In this document: one piece after another, positions 40,385-51,478 of the stretch
Layout of the letters: every line of letters begins with the position of its first letter
Numbering within the stretch: the first letter of the stretch is position 1
NCBI GenBank assembly: GCA_947598325.1
Contig: CANQFD010000003.1
Span: forward strand, 22,860 to 86,859
Length of the DNA: 64,000 nt
Direction of reading: 5' to 3'
Source: an uncultured Bacilli bacterium
GTDB lineage: Bacteria > Bacillota_I > Bacilli_A > RF39 > UBA660
Made by a program: the position numbers and the translations under genes
Notes under the pieces: generated by a model
Database searches by the model: none
What the model saw: the letters and a program-made list of their open reading frames with translations, nothing else
Told to the model about the DNA's origin: nothing

Positions 40385-41110
40385 TTATTCAAAATTACTT
40401 ATAAATATCATTCTATCTCTTCCTTGCATATCTTTTTCCACATTAATTTTTACATTTTTTAAATATTTATTTACTATTGTTTTTATTTCTTCTGCTTGAG
40501 TCATTCCTATCTCAAAACAAATTAAGTATTTATCTTTTAATATTTTCTTTATATTTTTGAGAATTTCTTCGTAAAAATATAAACCATTATTATCCGCAAA
40601 TAAGGCTAAATGAGGTTCATTATTATAAACAATATCCATTATTTTTTCTTTTCTTGATATATATGGAGGATTACTTATTATACAATCAAACTTTTCTTTT
40701 ATTCCATCATATATATTAGTATTAATAAATTCTATTGATGTATTATTTTGTTTTGCATTATATTTAGCTACTTCTAATGCTTCTTTTGATATATCAGTTG
40801 CAACTACACGTGAATTTATTACTTCCTTTTTTAAAACTATACTAATGCATCCAGAACCTGTTCCTATTTCTAGAATAGATGGTTTATTAAAATTTTTATT
40901 AAGTAGTTCTTTTGTTTTAGATACTAATTCTTCTGTTTCAAATCTTGGAATAAGTACATTTTTATCAACATTTATTTTATATCCACAAAAATCTACATTA
41001 CCAATTATATACTGAATAGGTTCACCACTATTAAGTCTTTTAATCCCCTCATCTAATTTAGATGGTTCTAGATATTTTTTTAAATATTCCTTGTCCGTCA
41101 TTTTAATCAC
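40385..41110 (-). CDS. prmC: Release factor glutamine methyltransferase
   Basis: GEPIQYIIG, LIPRFETEEL, GTGSGCI, SNPPY. Confidence 0.96.
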   Translation of the reverse strand: MIKMTDKEYLKKYLEPSKLDEGIKRLNSGEPIQYIIGNVDFCGYKINVDKNVLIPRFETEELVSKTKELLNKNFNKPSILEIGTGSGCISIVLKKEVINSRVVATDISKEALEVAKYNAKQNNTSIEFINTNIYDGIKEKFDCIISNPPYISRKEKIMDIVYNNEPHLALFADNNGLYFYEEILKNIKKILKDKYLICFEIGMTQAEEIKTIVNKYLKNVKINVEKDMQGRDRMIFISNFE

Positions 41111-41134
41111 TTTTTTATAAATCTATTGTTCATT

Positions 41135-42190
41135 TTATTCACCTGCTAATTTTCTTCTCTGATCCTCATTAATTAGTGCATCTATTATTTCATCTAATTT
41201 TCCTTGCATTATTTTATCCAAATGCATTAATGTTAAATTAATTCTATGATCAGTTACTCTATTTTGAGGATAATTATATGTTCTTATCTTTTCTGATCTA
41301 TCACCTGTACCTATTTTACTTCTTCTTTCATCAGTTATTTCCTCATTTTGTTTTCTTTGTATATCATCATATACTTTGCTTTTTAATATTTGCATTGCCT
41401 TTTCTTTATTTTTTAACTGACTTCTTTCATCTTGACAAGTTACAACTGTATTTGTTGGTAAATATGTTATTCTAACAGCACTGTCAGTTGTATTTACACC
41501 TTGACCTCCAGCACCACTACTTCTATATACATCTATTCTTATGTCTGATTCTTTTATTTCTAAATCTATATCTGTTGCCTCTGGCATTACAACAACAGTC
41601 GCAGTTGATGTGTGAACTCTTCCTTGTGATTCAGTTGTTGGTACCCTTTGAACTCTATGAGCTCCTGATTCATATTTTAATTTTGAATATACATTTTCAC
41701 CTTTTACCATAAATTCTATTTGTGAATATCCTCCACTAGTACCTAATTCCTTATTTATTATCTCTATCTTCCAACCCATTGATTCTACATATCTGCTATA
41801 CATATCAAATAGATCACCTGCGAACAAATTTGCTTCGTCTCCTCCTGCTGCTCCTCTTATTTCTACTATTATGTTTTTCTCATCATTTGGATCCTTAGGT
41901 AATAATAAAATTTCTAGTTCTTTTTCTATTTCATTTTTTTTAACTTCTAAATTTGATAATTCCTCTTTTGCATATTCTGACATTTCCTTATCATTTATCA
42001 TTTCTTTAGCAACATCAATATTAGCAATTACCTCTTTATAGGTTTTATATTTATCTACTACTTCACTAAGAGATGATTGTTCTTTTGATAAAGATGTCAT
42101 TAATTTTACATCACTTAAGATTTCAGGTTTACTTAATTCTTTTTCCAAATAATTATATTTTTTAAGTGTTTCTTCTAATCTTTCGATCAT
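41135..42190 (-). CDS. prfA: Peptide chain release factor 1
   Basis: HRVQRVPTTE (PxT), GGQ, RTYNYPQNRVTDHRI. Confidence 0.98.
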   Translation of the reverse strand: MIERLEETLKKYNYLEKELSKPEILSDVKLMTSLSKEQSSLSEVVDKYKTYKEVIANIDVAKEMINDKEMSEYAKEELSNLEVKKNEIEKELEILLLPKDPNDEKNIIVEIRGAAGGDEANLFAGDLFDMYSRYVESMGWKIEIINKELGTSGGYSQIEFMVKGENVYSKLKYESGAHRVQRVPTTESQGRVHTSTATVVVMPEATDIDLEIKESDIRIDVYRSSGAGGQGVNTTDSAVRITYLPTNTVVTCQDERSQLKNKEKAMQILKSKVYDDIQRKQNEEITDERRSKIGTGDRSEKIRTYNYPQNRVTDHRINLTLMHLDKIMQGKLDEIIDALINEDQRRKLAGE

Positions 42191-42198
42191 TTTATCAC

Positions 42199-42642
42199 CT
42201 ATTCCTCTATTTCTTCATCATTTATTATTGTTAAATCCCCTATTTCTTCATCTGCGTCCATATCATCGATTGAATCGTCACTATAATCGTCTTCATCTAT
42301 TTCTTCTTCATTTTTATTTTCTTCTTCATCTTCTTCATCAATTGAATCTTCCTCTGCATCCTCTTCTTCGCCTTCATCTATTATTACTTTTACTACATGA
42401 TTTTCTTTTAAATCCCAATTTACACTATCAATTAATATAAATCTTTTATCAGTTGAAAGCGCAGTAAAGAAGTCTCCTATTTTTGTTTCAAATTCTGTCT
42501 CACTTAAATCTAATAAAGAGCAAACCTCTCTAAATAAGTTTGGTGTATTATATTGTTTTTTATCTTCTTTTATTATTTCATACGCAATATCAATGTATGA
42601 CATTAACTCCAATTCTAATTTTTCTTTTTTTCTTATACTCAT
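42199..42642 (-). CDS. rpoE: RNA polymerase delta subunit
   Basis: MSYIDIAYEI, FFTALSTDKRF, WDLK, acidic C-terminal tail. Confidence 0.93.
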   Translation of the reverse strand: MSIRKKEKLELELMSYIDIAYEIIKEDKKQYNTPNLFREVCSLLDLSETEFETKIGDFFTALSTDKRFILIDSVNWDLKENHVVKVIIDEGEEEDAEEDSIDEEDEEENKNEEEIDEDDYSDDSIDDMDADEEIGDLTIINDEEIEE

Positions 42643-42645
42643 AAT

Positions 42646-44271
42646 TTACATCCTTTCCATTGCACTAACACCTATAAGTGCTAAAGCATTTTTAATTGTT
42701 ATTTTTACTGAGTTTATTATAGCTAATTTTTCCTTAGATAATTCTATATTATCAGTTAATATTCTCTCTTTAGAATAATAATTATGAAATAAACTAGCTA
42801 ACTCATATAAGTAATTGGTTATCAAATGTGGTTGTTTTTTTATTGCTGAATCTTCAACCACATTAACAAACTCATATACTTTACTTATCAAATTATATGC
42901 AGAATCTGTCATTGATGACTCATATTTTGTTGCTAATTCTATTTTTTTCTCCTTTGCTTCTCTTAAAATAGAACATATTCTAGCATGTGCATATTCTACA
43001 TAATAAACTGGATTTTCATTTCCTTTCTTTGTCGCTAAATCCATATCAAAATCCATTTGAGAATCTAAACTTCTAAGTGAAAAGAAATACCTAGCTGCAT
43101 CTACACCAACTTCATCTATCAATTCCGATATAGTTACTGTTTTTCCTGTTCTTTTACTCATTTTTACTTCTTCATTATCTTTTATTAATCTAACTAATTG
43201 TAATATTTTTATACTTAATTTACTATCATCATATCCTAAGGATTTAATAGAAGCTTTTAGTCTAGATATATATCCATGATGATCTGCTCCTAAAACATCA
43301 ATGAGTTCATCATAACCTCTATCTATTTTATCTAAATGATATGCTATATCAGGAGTCAAATATGTATAAAGACCATCACTTTTTATTAGCACCCTATCTT
43401 TATCATCTCCATATTTTGTTGTTTTTAGGTATACAGCATTATCTTTTTCATATAAATCATCTTGTTTTTTAAATTTCTTTATACATTCTTCTATTCTTCC
43501 TTTTTTTCTTATATCTTTTTCACTAGTCCATATATCAAAATCTACTCTAAATCTTTTTAAATCAACTTTTATTTGATTTAATAATTTTTCTAATCCTATT
43601 TGTTTAAAAAATTCTAAATCTTCATCTAGTTTTGTATCCTGATATTTTTCCTTTATTTCTTTTGCTATAGAAATTATTTCTTGTCCATGATATCCATTTT
43701 CTGGTAGTTCCTCTTTAAAGCCACATAACTCTTTATATCTTATATAAATAGACAAACCAAGATTATCAATTTGATTACCAGCATCATTTATATAATATTC
43801 TCTAGTTACATTATAGCCTGCAAATTCTAATATATTGCATAAACTATCACCATAGGCAGCACCTCTTGCTGTTCCTAAATGTAATATTCCTGTTGGATTT
43901 GCACTTACATACTCAACATTTATTTTTTTATTCAATCCTATATCTGATTTACCGTAATCTTCTTTTAGTTTATTTATAGTATTTAAACCTTCAAATAAAA
44001 ATGATTTTTTTATATAAAAGTTTATAAAACCTGGATTTACAATTTCTATATTTTCTATATAATCTTCTTTTATTTGATCTACTATTTCTAATGCAATGTC
44101 CTTAGGATTTTTTGATAATTTTTTACATAAATGCATTGCTATGTTAGATGAGAAATCACCATTTTTTTTATTTTTTGGTATTTCTACTACTATATCAGAA
44201 ATATTTATATCAATTTCTAATTTTTTTAAAGAATTTAATATCAAATTTTTTATCATTTTTCTTAAATTCAT
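42646..44271 (-). CDS. argS: Arginine--tRNA ligase
   Basis: VEYVSANPTGILHLG, GADHHGY, KMSKRTG, YVEYAHARICSI. Confidence 0.98.
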   Translation of the reverse strand: MNLRKMIKNLILNSLKKLEIDINISDIVVEIPKNKKNGDFSSNIAMHLCKKLSKNPKDIALEIVDQIKEDYIENIEIVNPGFINFYIKKSFLFEGLNTINKLKEDYGKSDIGLNKKINVEYVSANPTGILHLGTARGAAYGDSLCNILEFAGYNVTREYYINDAGNQIDNLGLSIYIRYKELCGFKEELPENGYHGQEIISIAKEIKEKYQDTKLDEDLEFFKQIGLEKLLNQIKVDLKRFRVDFDIWTSEKDIRKKGRIEECIKKFKKQDDLYEKDNAVYLKTTKYGDDKDRVLIKSDGLYTYLTPDIAYHLDKIDRGYDELIDVLGADHHGYISRLKASIKSLGYDDSKLSIKILQLVRLIKDNEEVKMSKRTGKTVTISELIDEVGVDAARYFFSLRSLDSQMDFDMDLATKKGNENPVYYVEYAHARICSILREAKEKKIELATKYESSMTDSAYNLISKVYEFVNVVEDSAIKKQPHLITNYLYELASLFHNYYSKERILTDNIELSKEKLAIINSVKITIKNALALIGVSAMERM

Positions 44272-44651
44272 AATTGTAACTCCTTTATATTTATATTAAA
44301 TTGAAATTTACCTGTATATTCTCCTGAAATCCATAATTCATATTCAATTATTATTTCATTAGTGTTTATAATAAGTAAATTTGTTATAATTTCTGTATCA
44401 ATATAAAAATTAAGTTCTTTAATATAATACTTTGTTTGGGTCTTTTTATTCTCTATAAATTCAAATATAATTAATGAGTCATTTGTTTCCTTTTTTAATA
44501 TAATCTTATCTTTTTCTATATTTATATTAAATTTTGAATCTTCATCTTTAAAATCTATATTTTTATTTTTTTTATAGTGGGCTAAAATATTATTTTTTTT
44601 TATATTTTCATCATTATTCTTTATAATGTAGTCAATATAACATTTTTGCAT
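44268..44651 (-). CDS. DUF1934 (YwiB-like) protein
   Basis: Small beta-rich protein directly upstream of argS as with Bacillus ywiB. Confidence 0.6.
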   Translation of the reverse strand: MQKCYIDYIIKNNDENIKKNNILAHYKKNKNIDFKDEDSKFNINIEKDKIILKKETNDSLIIFEFIENKKTQTKYYIKELNFYIDTEIITNLLIINTNEIIIEYELWISGEYTGKFQFNINIKELQL

Positions 44652-44759
44652 AATATCACCAAACTTTTTCAAGTGCAATTATATCACATATATAGTAAAA
44701 TTGCACTCATATTTTATATATTTTTTTACATAATAAAAATAGAAATAATGGTGATTTAA

Positions 44760-46691
44760 ATGAAAAGAAGAAAAATACTATTAAAATTGTTTGTTTTTTT
44801 TGTTTTTTTTATATGCATTTTATTTACATTTTTATATTTTTTTATTAAATTTTCACCAAAATTAGATTTAAAAAAAACTAATAATATAATTCTATATGAT
44901 AAGAATAATGATGTTTTTTTTAAAGGAAATGGATCTAAAGAATGGATAGCTTTAAAATTAATAGATAAAGATTTGATAAATGCCACTATATCAATAGAAG
45001 ATAAGAGATTTTATAAACATAATGGGTTTGATTATATTAGAATATTAAAATCGATATATAATAATATTAAATCTAAAGATATTGTAGAAGGCGCATCTAC
45101 TATTTCACAACAATATGCTAGAAATTTATATTTAGATTTTGATAGAAATTGGAATAGAAAAATAAAAGAAGCATGGCTTGCATTAAAATTAGAAATAAAT
45201 TATTCTAAAGATAAGATTTTAGAAGGATATTTAAATACTATTAATTATGGTAATGGAGTTATGGGTATTCAAAATGCAGCTAGATATTATTTTAATAAAG
45301 GTTCTGAAGATTTAACTTTAGCTGAAGCTGCAATGCTGGCAGGTATTCCTGGTTATCCACAGGAATATTCTCCAATAAATAATGAAAGAAATGCAAAAAA
45401 GAGACAAAAAGTTATTCTTGATAGCATGGTAAAAAACGGATATATATCGAAAAAAGAGGCAAATGACGCATATAACGTTAATCTCACATACTATGGAAAA
45501 AAGGATAATTTAAACTTATCAACTTTATTATATTATAAAGATGCAGTTATAAATGAACTAGAAAATTTGAAAATAATACCTAATGATTATTTAGATAATA
45601 AAGGTTTAAAAATATATACGAATTTGGATTTAGAAGCACAAAGTTCTTTAGAAAATGCAATTAAAAGTAATATTGATGATGATAATGAAATTCAAACAGC
45701 AAGTGCTATTATAGAAAATAAAAGTGGAAAAATAATTTCTTTAGCGGGTGGTAAAAATTATGAGAAAAGTCAATATAATAGAGTATTATATTCTAAAAGA
45801 CAAGTAGGATCTACAATGAAACCATTTTTATACTATGCAGCTTTAGAAAATGGTTTTACTCCATCATCTACATTTTTGTCTGAACCAACTACATTTAGTT
45901 TGAATAACAATCAGACATATAGTCCTAATAATTTTGCAAATATTTATCCATCTTATCCTATTCCTTTAATTTTAGCTCTTGCGTATTCAGATAATATATA
46001 TGCTATTAAAACACATTTATTTTTGGGAGAAGATGCAATGATTGATGTAGCGAACAAAGCTGGTATTAATACAAATTTAAAAAGAAATGTATCTCTTCCT
46101 TTAGGAACTACTGAATTAAATATAATTGAGTTTCTTAATGCATATTCTACTATTGCTAATAATGGTATTAGAAATGATACATATCTTATAAGAAAAATTG
46201 TTAATGATAAAGGAAATGTTATTTATAAACATAAAAATAACAGTAAAAAAGTTTTAAATAGTAATTATACTTATATATTAAGTGAATTACTTAGTAATTG
46301 TTATGACAATACCTTAAGTGATTATACAACTCCAACTTGTTTAAGTATTAAACCTAAATTAACAAAAAAATATGCTATTAAAACAGGTAGTACAAATACC
46401 GATTCATGGATAGCAGGATATAATAAAGATTATACTCTAGGTGTTTGGGTTGGATATGATAATAATAGAGAACTCGAAAGGAAAGAATTGAAATATTCTA
46501 AAAATATATGGGCTGATTCAATTGAAAATTATTTAAGGAATAAAGAAGATTCGTGGTATAAAAAACCAAAAAATGTAATTCCTGTATTAGTAAATCCACT
46601 TAATGGTAAATTAGCTACAAATAGTTCTCCAAGAAAAAAAATAATATATTATCTTAAAGGAACGCAACCAACTGAGTATGATTCGGAATAA
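44760..46691 (+). CDS. Class A penicillin-binding protein (PbpG/YwhE-like)
   Basis: EDKRFYKH, GASTISQQ, RKIKE transglycosylase; STMK, SDN, KTG transpeptidase motifs. Confidence 0.95.
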   Translation: MKRRKILLKLFVFFVFFICILFTFLYFFIKFSPKLDLKKTNNIILYDKNNDVFFKGNGSKEWIALKLIDKDLINATISIEDKRFYKHNGFDYIRILKSIYNNIKSKDIVEGASTISQQYARNLYLDFDRNWNRKIKEAWLALKLEINYSKDKILEGYLNTINYGNGVMGIQNAARYYFNKGSEDLTLAEAAMLAGIPGYPQEYSPINNERNAKKRQKVILDSMVKNGYISKKEANDAYNVNLTYYGKKDNLNLSTLLYYKDAVINELENLKIIPNDYLDNKGLKIYTNLDLEAQSSLENAIKSNIDDDNEIQTASAIIENKSGKIISLAGGKNYEKSQYNRVLYSKRQVGSTMKPFLYYAALENGFTPSSTFLSEPTTFSLNNNQTYSPNNFANIYPSYPIPLILALAYSDNIYAIKTHLFLGEDAMIDVANKAGINTNLKRNVSLPLGTTELNIIEFLNAYSTIANNGIRNDTYLIRKIVNDKGNVIYKHKNNSKKVLNSNYTYILSELLSNCYDNTLSDYTTPTCLSIKPKLTKKYAIKTGSTNTDSWIAGYNKDYTLGVWVGYDNNRELERKELKYSKNIWADSIENYLRNKEDSWYKKPKNVIPVLVNPLNGKLATNSSPRKKIIYYLKGTQPTEYDSE

Positions 46692-46724
46692 AAAATTATA
46701 AAAAAATTAGAAATATAAATATTC

Positions 46725-47858
46725 CTAATCTCTACTTACTTTTATAACAAATTGATATAAATTTTCAAAATCATACTCTTCTAGTTTGACTTTGAATCCT
46801 AATGAATTTATTTCATTAATTAAATTATTTATTTTATCTATTACAATTTTTATATCAAAAGGTTCTAATGAATTAAATGGAGGTATACTTTCATCTATCA
46901 TCTCTATATCACTATCATCTTTTTTATCTATTTTAATATTAGAATCTACTTGTGTCATAAAATCGTTTATTGGATTTATTTTTTCATCTTTTATAATATC
47001 ATCTTTAATATCAATAATAGGCTTATTGTTTGAATTATCATATTTATTTAATAATGCTTCTATATTATCATTGCTATTAGAAACTGGCATATTAAAGAAA
47101 TTATCTAAATTATTTTCTATTTTTTCTTCTTGTTCCATTTTTGGCATTTGTACATCGATATTTTCTGTATTTATAAATTCAGGGAATGCAGTATCTTCTT
47201 TATTATTTAATACATTTGATAAATTAGAAACTTGTACAAATTCATCATTTTTGCCTAATTTATTAGATATTAATTTTTCTGTATCCCTTACATTTAATTT
47301 TTTAGTTATAATTTCATCAAGAAGCTTTTTTTGTTCTTCTTTATCTTCTATTTTTAATAAACTTCTAGCATGTCTTTCAGATATTCTATTGTTTAATAAT
47401 GCATCTTGTACTTTTTCATCTAAATTTAATAGTCTTAATTTATTTGATATTGTTGCTTGTGTTTTACCCATTCTTACTGCTAATTGATCTTGGGTTAAAT
47501 ATCCTCTATCTAATAATTTTTTATATGATTTTGCTTCTTCTATTGGAGATAAATCTCTTCTTTGAATATTTTCTACTATTGCTACCTCTGCAGATTCATT
47601 ATCATTTAAATCTATTATTACTGCAGGTACTTTATTTAAGCCAGCAATAAAAGCTGCTTTATATCTTCTTTCTCCAGCTATTATCTCATATTTATCTGAT
47701 ATTTTTCGAAGAACTAAAGGTTGAATTATACCATGTTGTCTGATAGACTCAGCAAGTTCATTTAGTCCCTTTTCATCAAATGATAATCTAGGTTGAAATC
47801 TATTTGGGATTATATCGTCTAACGATACCTCGATTATTTCTTTCTCCATTCCATTCAT
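46725..47858 (-). CDS. noc: ParB-family protein in the noc position
   Basis: PNRFQPR, IAGERRY, ENIQR, HTH, HARSLL; directly downstream of rsmG. Confidence 0.75.
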   Translation of the reverse strand: MNGMEKEIIEVSLDDIIPNRFQPRLSFDEKGLNELAESIRQHGIIQPLVLRKISDKYEIIAGERRYKAAFIAGLNKVPAVIIDLNDNESAEVAIVENIQRRDLSPIEEAKSYKKLLDRGYLTQDQLAVRMGKTQATISNKLRLLNLDEKVQDALLNNRISERHARSLLKIEDKEEQKKLLDEIITKKLNVRDTEKLISNKLGKNDEFVQVSNLSNVLNNKEDTAFPEFINTENIDVQMPKMEQEEKIENNLDNFFNMPVSNSNDNIEALLNKYDNSNNKPIIDIKDDIIKDEKINPINDFMTQVDSNIKIDKKDDSDIEMIDESIPPFNSLEPFDIKIVIDKINNLINEINSLGFKVKLEEYDFENLYQFVIKVSRD

Positions 47859-47911
47859 ACTTAACCCTCACTTCTTATTCTTATTTATAGTTTACAATAA
47901 AAATCCATTTT

Positions 47912-48616
47912 TTACAATGGATTTTTACTAATTTTACCAAAATTACGTGGATATTTTTTATTTGTTTCATCGTCTTTTTTTATTTTTATTAAATTTCTAT
48001 TTGAATTTTCTATAGGTAATTTAAAATTTATTACATCCTCTATATGAGAATTTAATTTTAATAATGAATTTGTACTTTTTTCTATTTCATCATCTATATT
48101 TGCTTTCATTGTAATAAAATAACCACCTTTTTTTACTAAAGGTAAACATAATTCATTTAGTATATTCAATTTTGCTACTGCCCTTGATACAACTATATCA
48201 AATTTTTCTCTTGTTTCTTTTGCATATTCTTCTGCTCTTATATGAATAGCAGTTATATTTTTTAAATCTAACTCTTTAATTACTGCATTTAAAAATTTTA
48301 TTCTTTTTTCTAATGCATCTATTAGTGTTATATTAAGATTTGGAAAACAAATTTTTAGAACGATTCCTGGAAATCCTGCTCCAGTTCCTATATCACAAAC
48401 AAATATATCTTCTTTTAAATTAATAGCTTTCATTAATGTCAAACTATCATAAAAATGTTTCAAGTATACCTCTTCTTTTTCAGTTATTCTTGTTAAATTT
48501 ATTTTATTATTCCATTCAATTAATAGTTCATAATACTTTTCTAAATTATTTAATTGTAAATCATCTAAATATATATTTAATTTTTTTAATTCATCTATAA
48601 AAATTTGTTTATTCAT
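47912..48616 (-). CDS. rsmG: 16S rRNA m7G527 methyltransferase
   Basis: [30 protein letters not shown]. Confidence 0.97.
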   Translation of the reverse strand: MNKQIFIDELKKLNIYLDDLQLNNLEKYYELLIEWNNKINLTRITEKEEVYLKHFYDSLTLMKAINLKEDIFVCDIGTGAGFPGIVLKICFPNLNITLIDALEKRIKFLNAVIKELDLKNITAIHIRAEEYAKETREKFDIVVSRAVAKLNILNELCLPLVKKGGYFITMKANIDDEIEKSTNSLLKLNSHIEDVINFKLPIENSNRNLIKIKKDDETNKKYPRNFGKISKNPL

Positions 48617-50426
48617 TAAAATACCTCTTCATATATATAGATAATATAGATATATCAGAAGGATTTACACCACTGATTCTTAAAGCTTGTCCAAAATTTT
48701 CTGGTTTTATTTCTTTTAACTTTATTCTTGCTTCACTAGCTAAATTTGGAACTTTATCGTAATCAATGTCTTTTGGTATTTTTTTATTTTCTAATTTTTT
48801 CATTTTTTCTGCTTCTTTTTTAGTCTTTTTTATATATCCTTCATATTTACATATTATTTCTGCTTGTTCAAGTTCCAATATATCATATTCTTTATCTAAT
48901 TGATTTTTTATTTCATTAATACTTACTTCTGTTCTTTTTAAATAATCATATCCTGTCATTTTTTTATCTGATTTTATTTTTATATTTTTTAAATTTTCAA
49001 TTATTTCATTGATATTTTTTTCTTTATTTAGTAATCTATTATATTGTTTATCATCGATAAGACCTACTTGATAACCATATTTTCTAAGTCTTAAATCTGC
49101 ATTATCATGTCTTAAAAGAAGTCTATATTCTGCTCTTGATGTTAATAATCTATATGGATCCTTAACCCCTTTTGTTATTAAATCATCTATTAATACACCT
49201 ATATATGCCTCATCTCTACCTAATATTAAAGGTTCTTTATTTTTTAATTTTAAGCTTGCATTTATACCTGCCATTAAACCTTGAGCAGCAGCTTCTTCAT
49301 AACCACTTGTACCATTTATCTGTCCTGCTGTATATAAATTTTCAATTATTTTTGATTCTAGTGTTAATTTTAAGTCTCTAGGGTCTATTGCATCATATTC
49401 AATTGCATATGCATATCTAAGTATTTTTGCTTTTTCAAGACCTGGAAGAGAATGAACCATTTTTTCTTGAATATCATAAGGCATACTTGTTGAAAAACCT
49501 TGAATATATATATCATCATAATATCTGCTTTCAGGTTCTAAAAATAATTGATGCCTTTCTTTATCTGCAAATCTAACTATTTTATCTTCTATTGATGGAC
49601 AATATCTTGGACCTGTTCCTAGTTTTTCATAAAATCCACCATACATACTAGATTTATCTAGATTTTCTCTAATTATTTTATGAGTTTCTTCTGTTGTATA
49701 AGTCAAATAACATGGTTCTTGACTTTCAATAGTATAATATGGGTCATTATCAAATGAAAATGTATATAATTTATTATCTCCATCTTCTCTTTTTGTTTTT
49801 GAAAAATCTATAGTACTTCTATCAACTCTTGGTGGTGTTCCTGTTTTAAGTCTTAATATTTTAAAACCTAATTTTTCTAGATTTTCGCTTAAATATAGTG
49901 ATGGTCTTTCTCCTTTTGGACCAGAAATTGTTCTTTGATCTCCAACTAAAATATTTGCTTTCATGTATGTTCCAGTTGTAAGTATTACAATGTTAGATAA
50001 AATTTCTTTCCCTGTGGATAATTTAACACCTTTTATTTTTTTATTTTCTACTATTAATTCTTCTACAATTTCCTCTACTATATCTATATTTTTATGATTT
50101 TCTAATAATCTTATCATTTCTTTTGGATAAGTTATTTTATCACCTTGTGCCCTAAGTGATCTAACTGCTGGTCCTTTACTACTATTGAGCATTTTCATTT
50201 GAATTAATGTTTTATCAGCTACTTTACCCATCATTCCACCCAAAGCATCTATTTCTCTTACAACAATTCCTTTTGCAGATCCTCCAATGGATGGATTACA
50301 TGGCATCATAGCAATTGTATTTTTATTACCTGTAATTAATAAAGTTTTATTTCCCATATTAGCAGACGCAAATGTTGCTTCTATTCCAGCATGTCCACCA
50401 CCTACTACAACTACTTCATACTTCAT
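48609..50426 (-). CDS. mnmG: tRNA uridine-5-carboxymethylaminomethyl modification enzyme
   Basis: [43 protein letters not shown]. Confidence 0.98.
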   Translation of the reverse strand: MKYEVVVVGGGHAGIEATFASANMGNKTLLITGNKNTIAMMPCNPSIGGSAKGIVVREIDALGGMMGKVADKTLIQMKMLNSSKGPAVRSLRAQGDKITYPKEMIRLLENHKNIDIVEEIVEELIVENKKIKGVKLSTGKEILSNIVILTTGTYMKANILVGDQRTISGPKGERPSLYLSENLEKLGFKILRLKTGTPPRVDRSTIDFSKTKREDGDNKLYTFSFDNDPYYTIESQEPCYLTYTTEETHKIIRENLDKSSMYGGFYEKLGTGPRYCPSIEDKIVRFADKERHQLFLEPESRYYDDIYIQGFSTSMPYDIQEKMVHSLPGLEKAKILRYAYAIEYDAIDPRDLKLTLESKIIENLYTAGQINGTSGYEEAAAQGLMAGINASLKLKNKEPLILGRDEAYIGVLIDDLITKGVKDPYRLLTSRAEYRLLLRHDNADLRLRKYGYQVGLIDDKQYNRLLNKEKNINEIIENLKNIKIKSDKKMTGYDYLKRTEVSINEIKNQLDKEYDILELEQAEIICKYEGYIKKTKKEAEKMKKLENKKIPKDIDYDKVPNLASEARIKLKEIKPENFGQALRISGVNPSDISILSIYMKRYFNE

Positions 50427-50506
50427 CTATTGCACCCTCTTTTTGCAAATGTATTATACTACAAGATTAATTTTTATACAATTAAAGAAAAAATAATATT
50501 TTTATA

Positions 50507-51472
50507 TTATTCTAATATAGTTTGCAGTAAAGATTCTACCTTTTTTTCTTCATATACTATAGAATATAAAGTAGATATTATTGGACATTCAATTTTATAT
50601 TTATCTATTATATCTTTTGCTATACTAAGGTTATCTAAACCTTCTATAACCATACCAATTTCTTCTTTTATTTCATCTAAGTTTTTATTTTTTGATATAA
50701 GAATACCTGCTCTTTTATTTCTACTATTATTACTACAACATGTTACTATTAAATCGCCAAGGCCTGATAAACCATAAAATGTTTCTTCTTTTGCACCTAT
50801 TTTTAAGCCTATTTTTTTTATTTCATTTAATCCTTTTGTTATTAATGATGCTTCTATATTGCTACTATATCCTAAGCCTGATAAAATACCTGATGCTAAA
50901 GCAATTATATTTTTCATAGAACCACCTATTTCAGTGCCTATTACATCATTACTTATTTCTATTGAAAAACTATTAGAGTTAAATAAATTTTGTATTTCAT
51001 AAGCAAATTTATTATCTAGTGTTGCAAATAGAATATTAGTAGGCATATTTTTTATAACTTCTTCTGCATGACTTGGACCTGATAATATTCCTACTAAATT
51101 ATTTGGTAATTCTTCTTTTACAATTTCTGATAATAACTTATTAGTATTTTTTTCTAAACCCTTTGAAGCAATTATAATTTTTTGAGTTGATACATATTTC
51201 TTTATATTTTTGCATGTTTCTCTAATAACACTTGATGGTGTTACTAAAAATATGTAGTCCGAGTCTTTAATAGTTTCATCATATGATGTATAACATTTTA
51301 TAGATTTATTTAATTTAGAATTTTCTAAAAACATACATCTATGTTCATTATTTATTATATTTGCCTCTTCTTCTTTAAAAGACCATACTTTTACTATATT
51401 TCCTTTATTTGCTAAATGATTAGCAAGTGCACATCCAAAACTTCCACTACCTATTATTGCTATATTTTTCAT
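50507..51472 (-). CDS. gpsA: NAD(P)H-dependent glycerol-3-phosphate dehydrogenase
   Basis: IGSGSFG, SKGLE, LSGPSHAEEV, KNIIA, GLGDLIVTC, SRN. Confidence 0.95.
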   Translation of the reverse strand: MKNIAIIGSGSFGCALANHLANKGNIVKVWSFKEEEANIINNEHRCMFLENSKLNKSIKCYTSYDETIKDSDYIFLVTPSSVIRETCKNIKKYVSTQKIIIASKGLEKNTNKLLSEIVKEELPNNLVGILSGPSHAEEVIKNMPTNILFATLDNKFAYEIQNLFNSNSFSIEISNDVIGTEIGGSMKNIIALASGILSGLGYSSNIEASLITKGLNEIKKIGLKIGAKEETFYGLSGLGDLIVTCCSNNSRNKRAGILISKNKNLDEIKEEIGMVIEGLDNLSIAKDIIDKYKIECPIISTLYSIVYEEKKVESLLQTILE

Positions 51473-51478
51473 TGTTAC

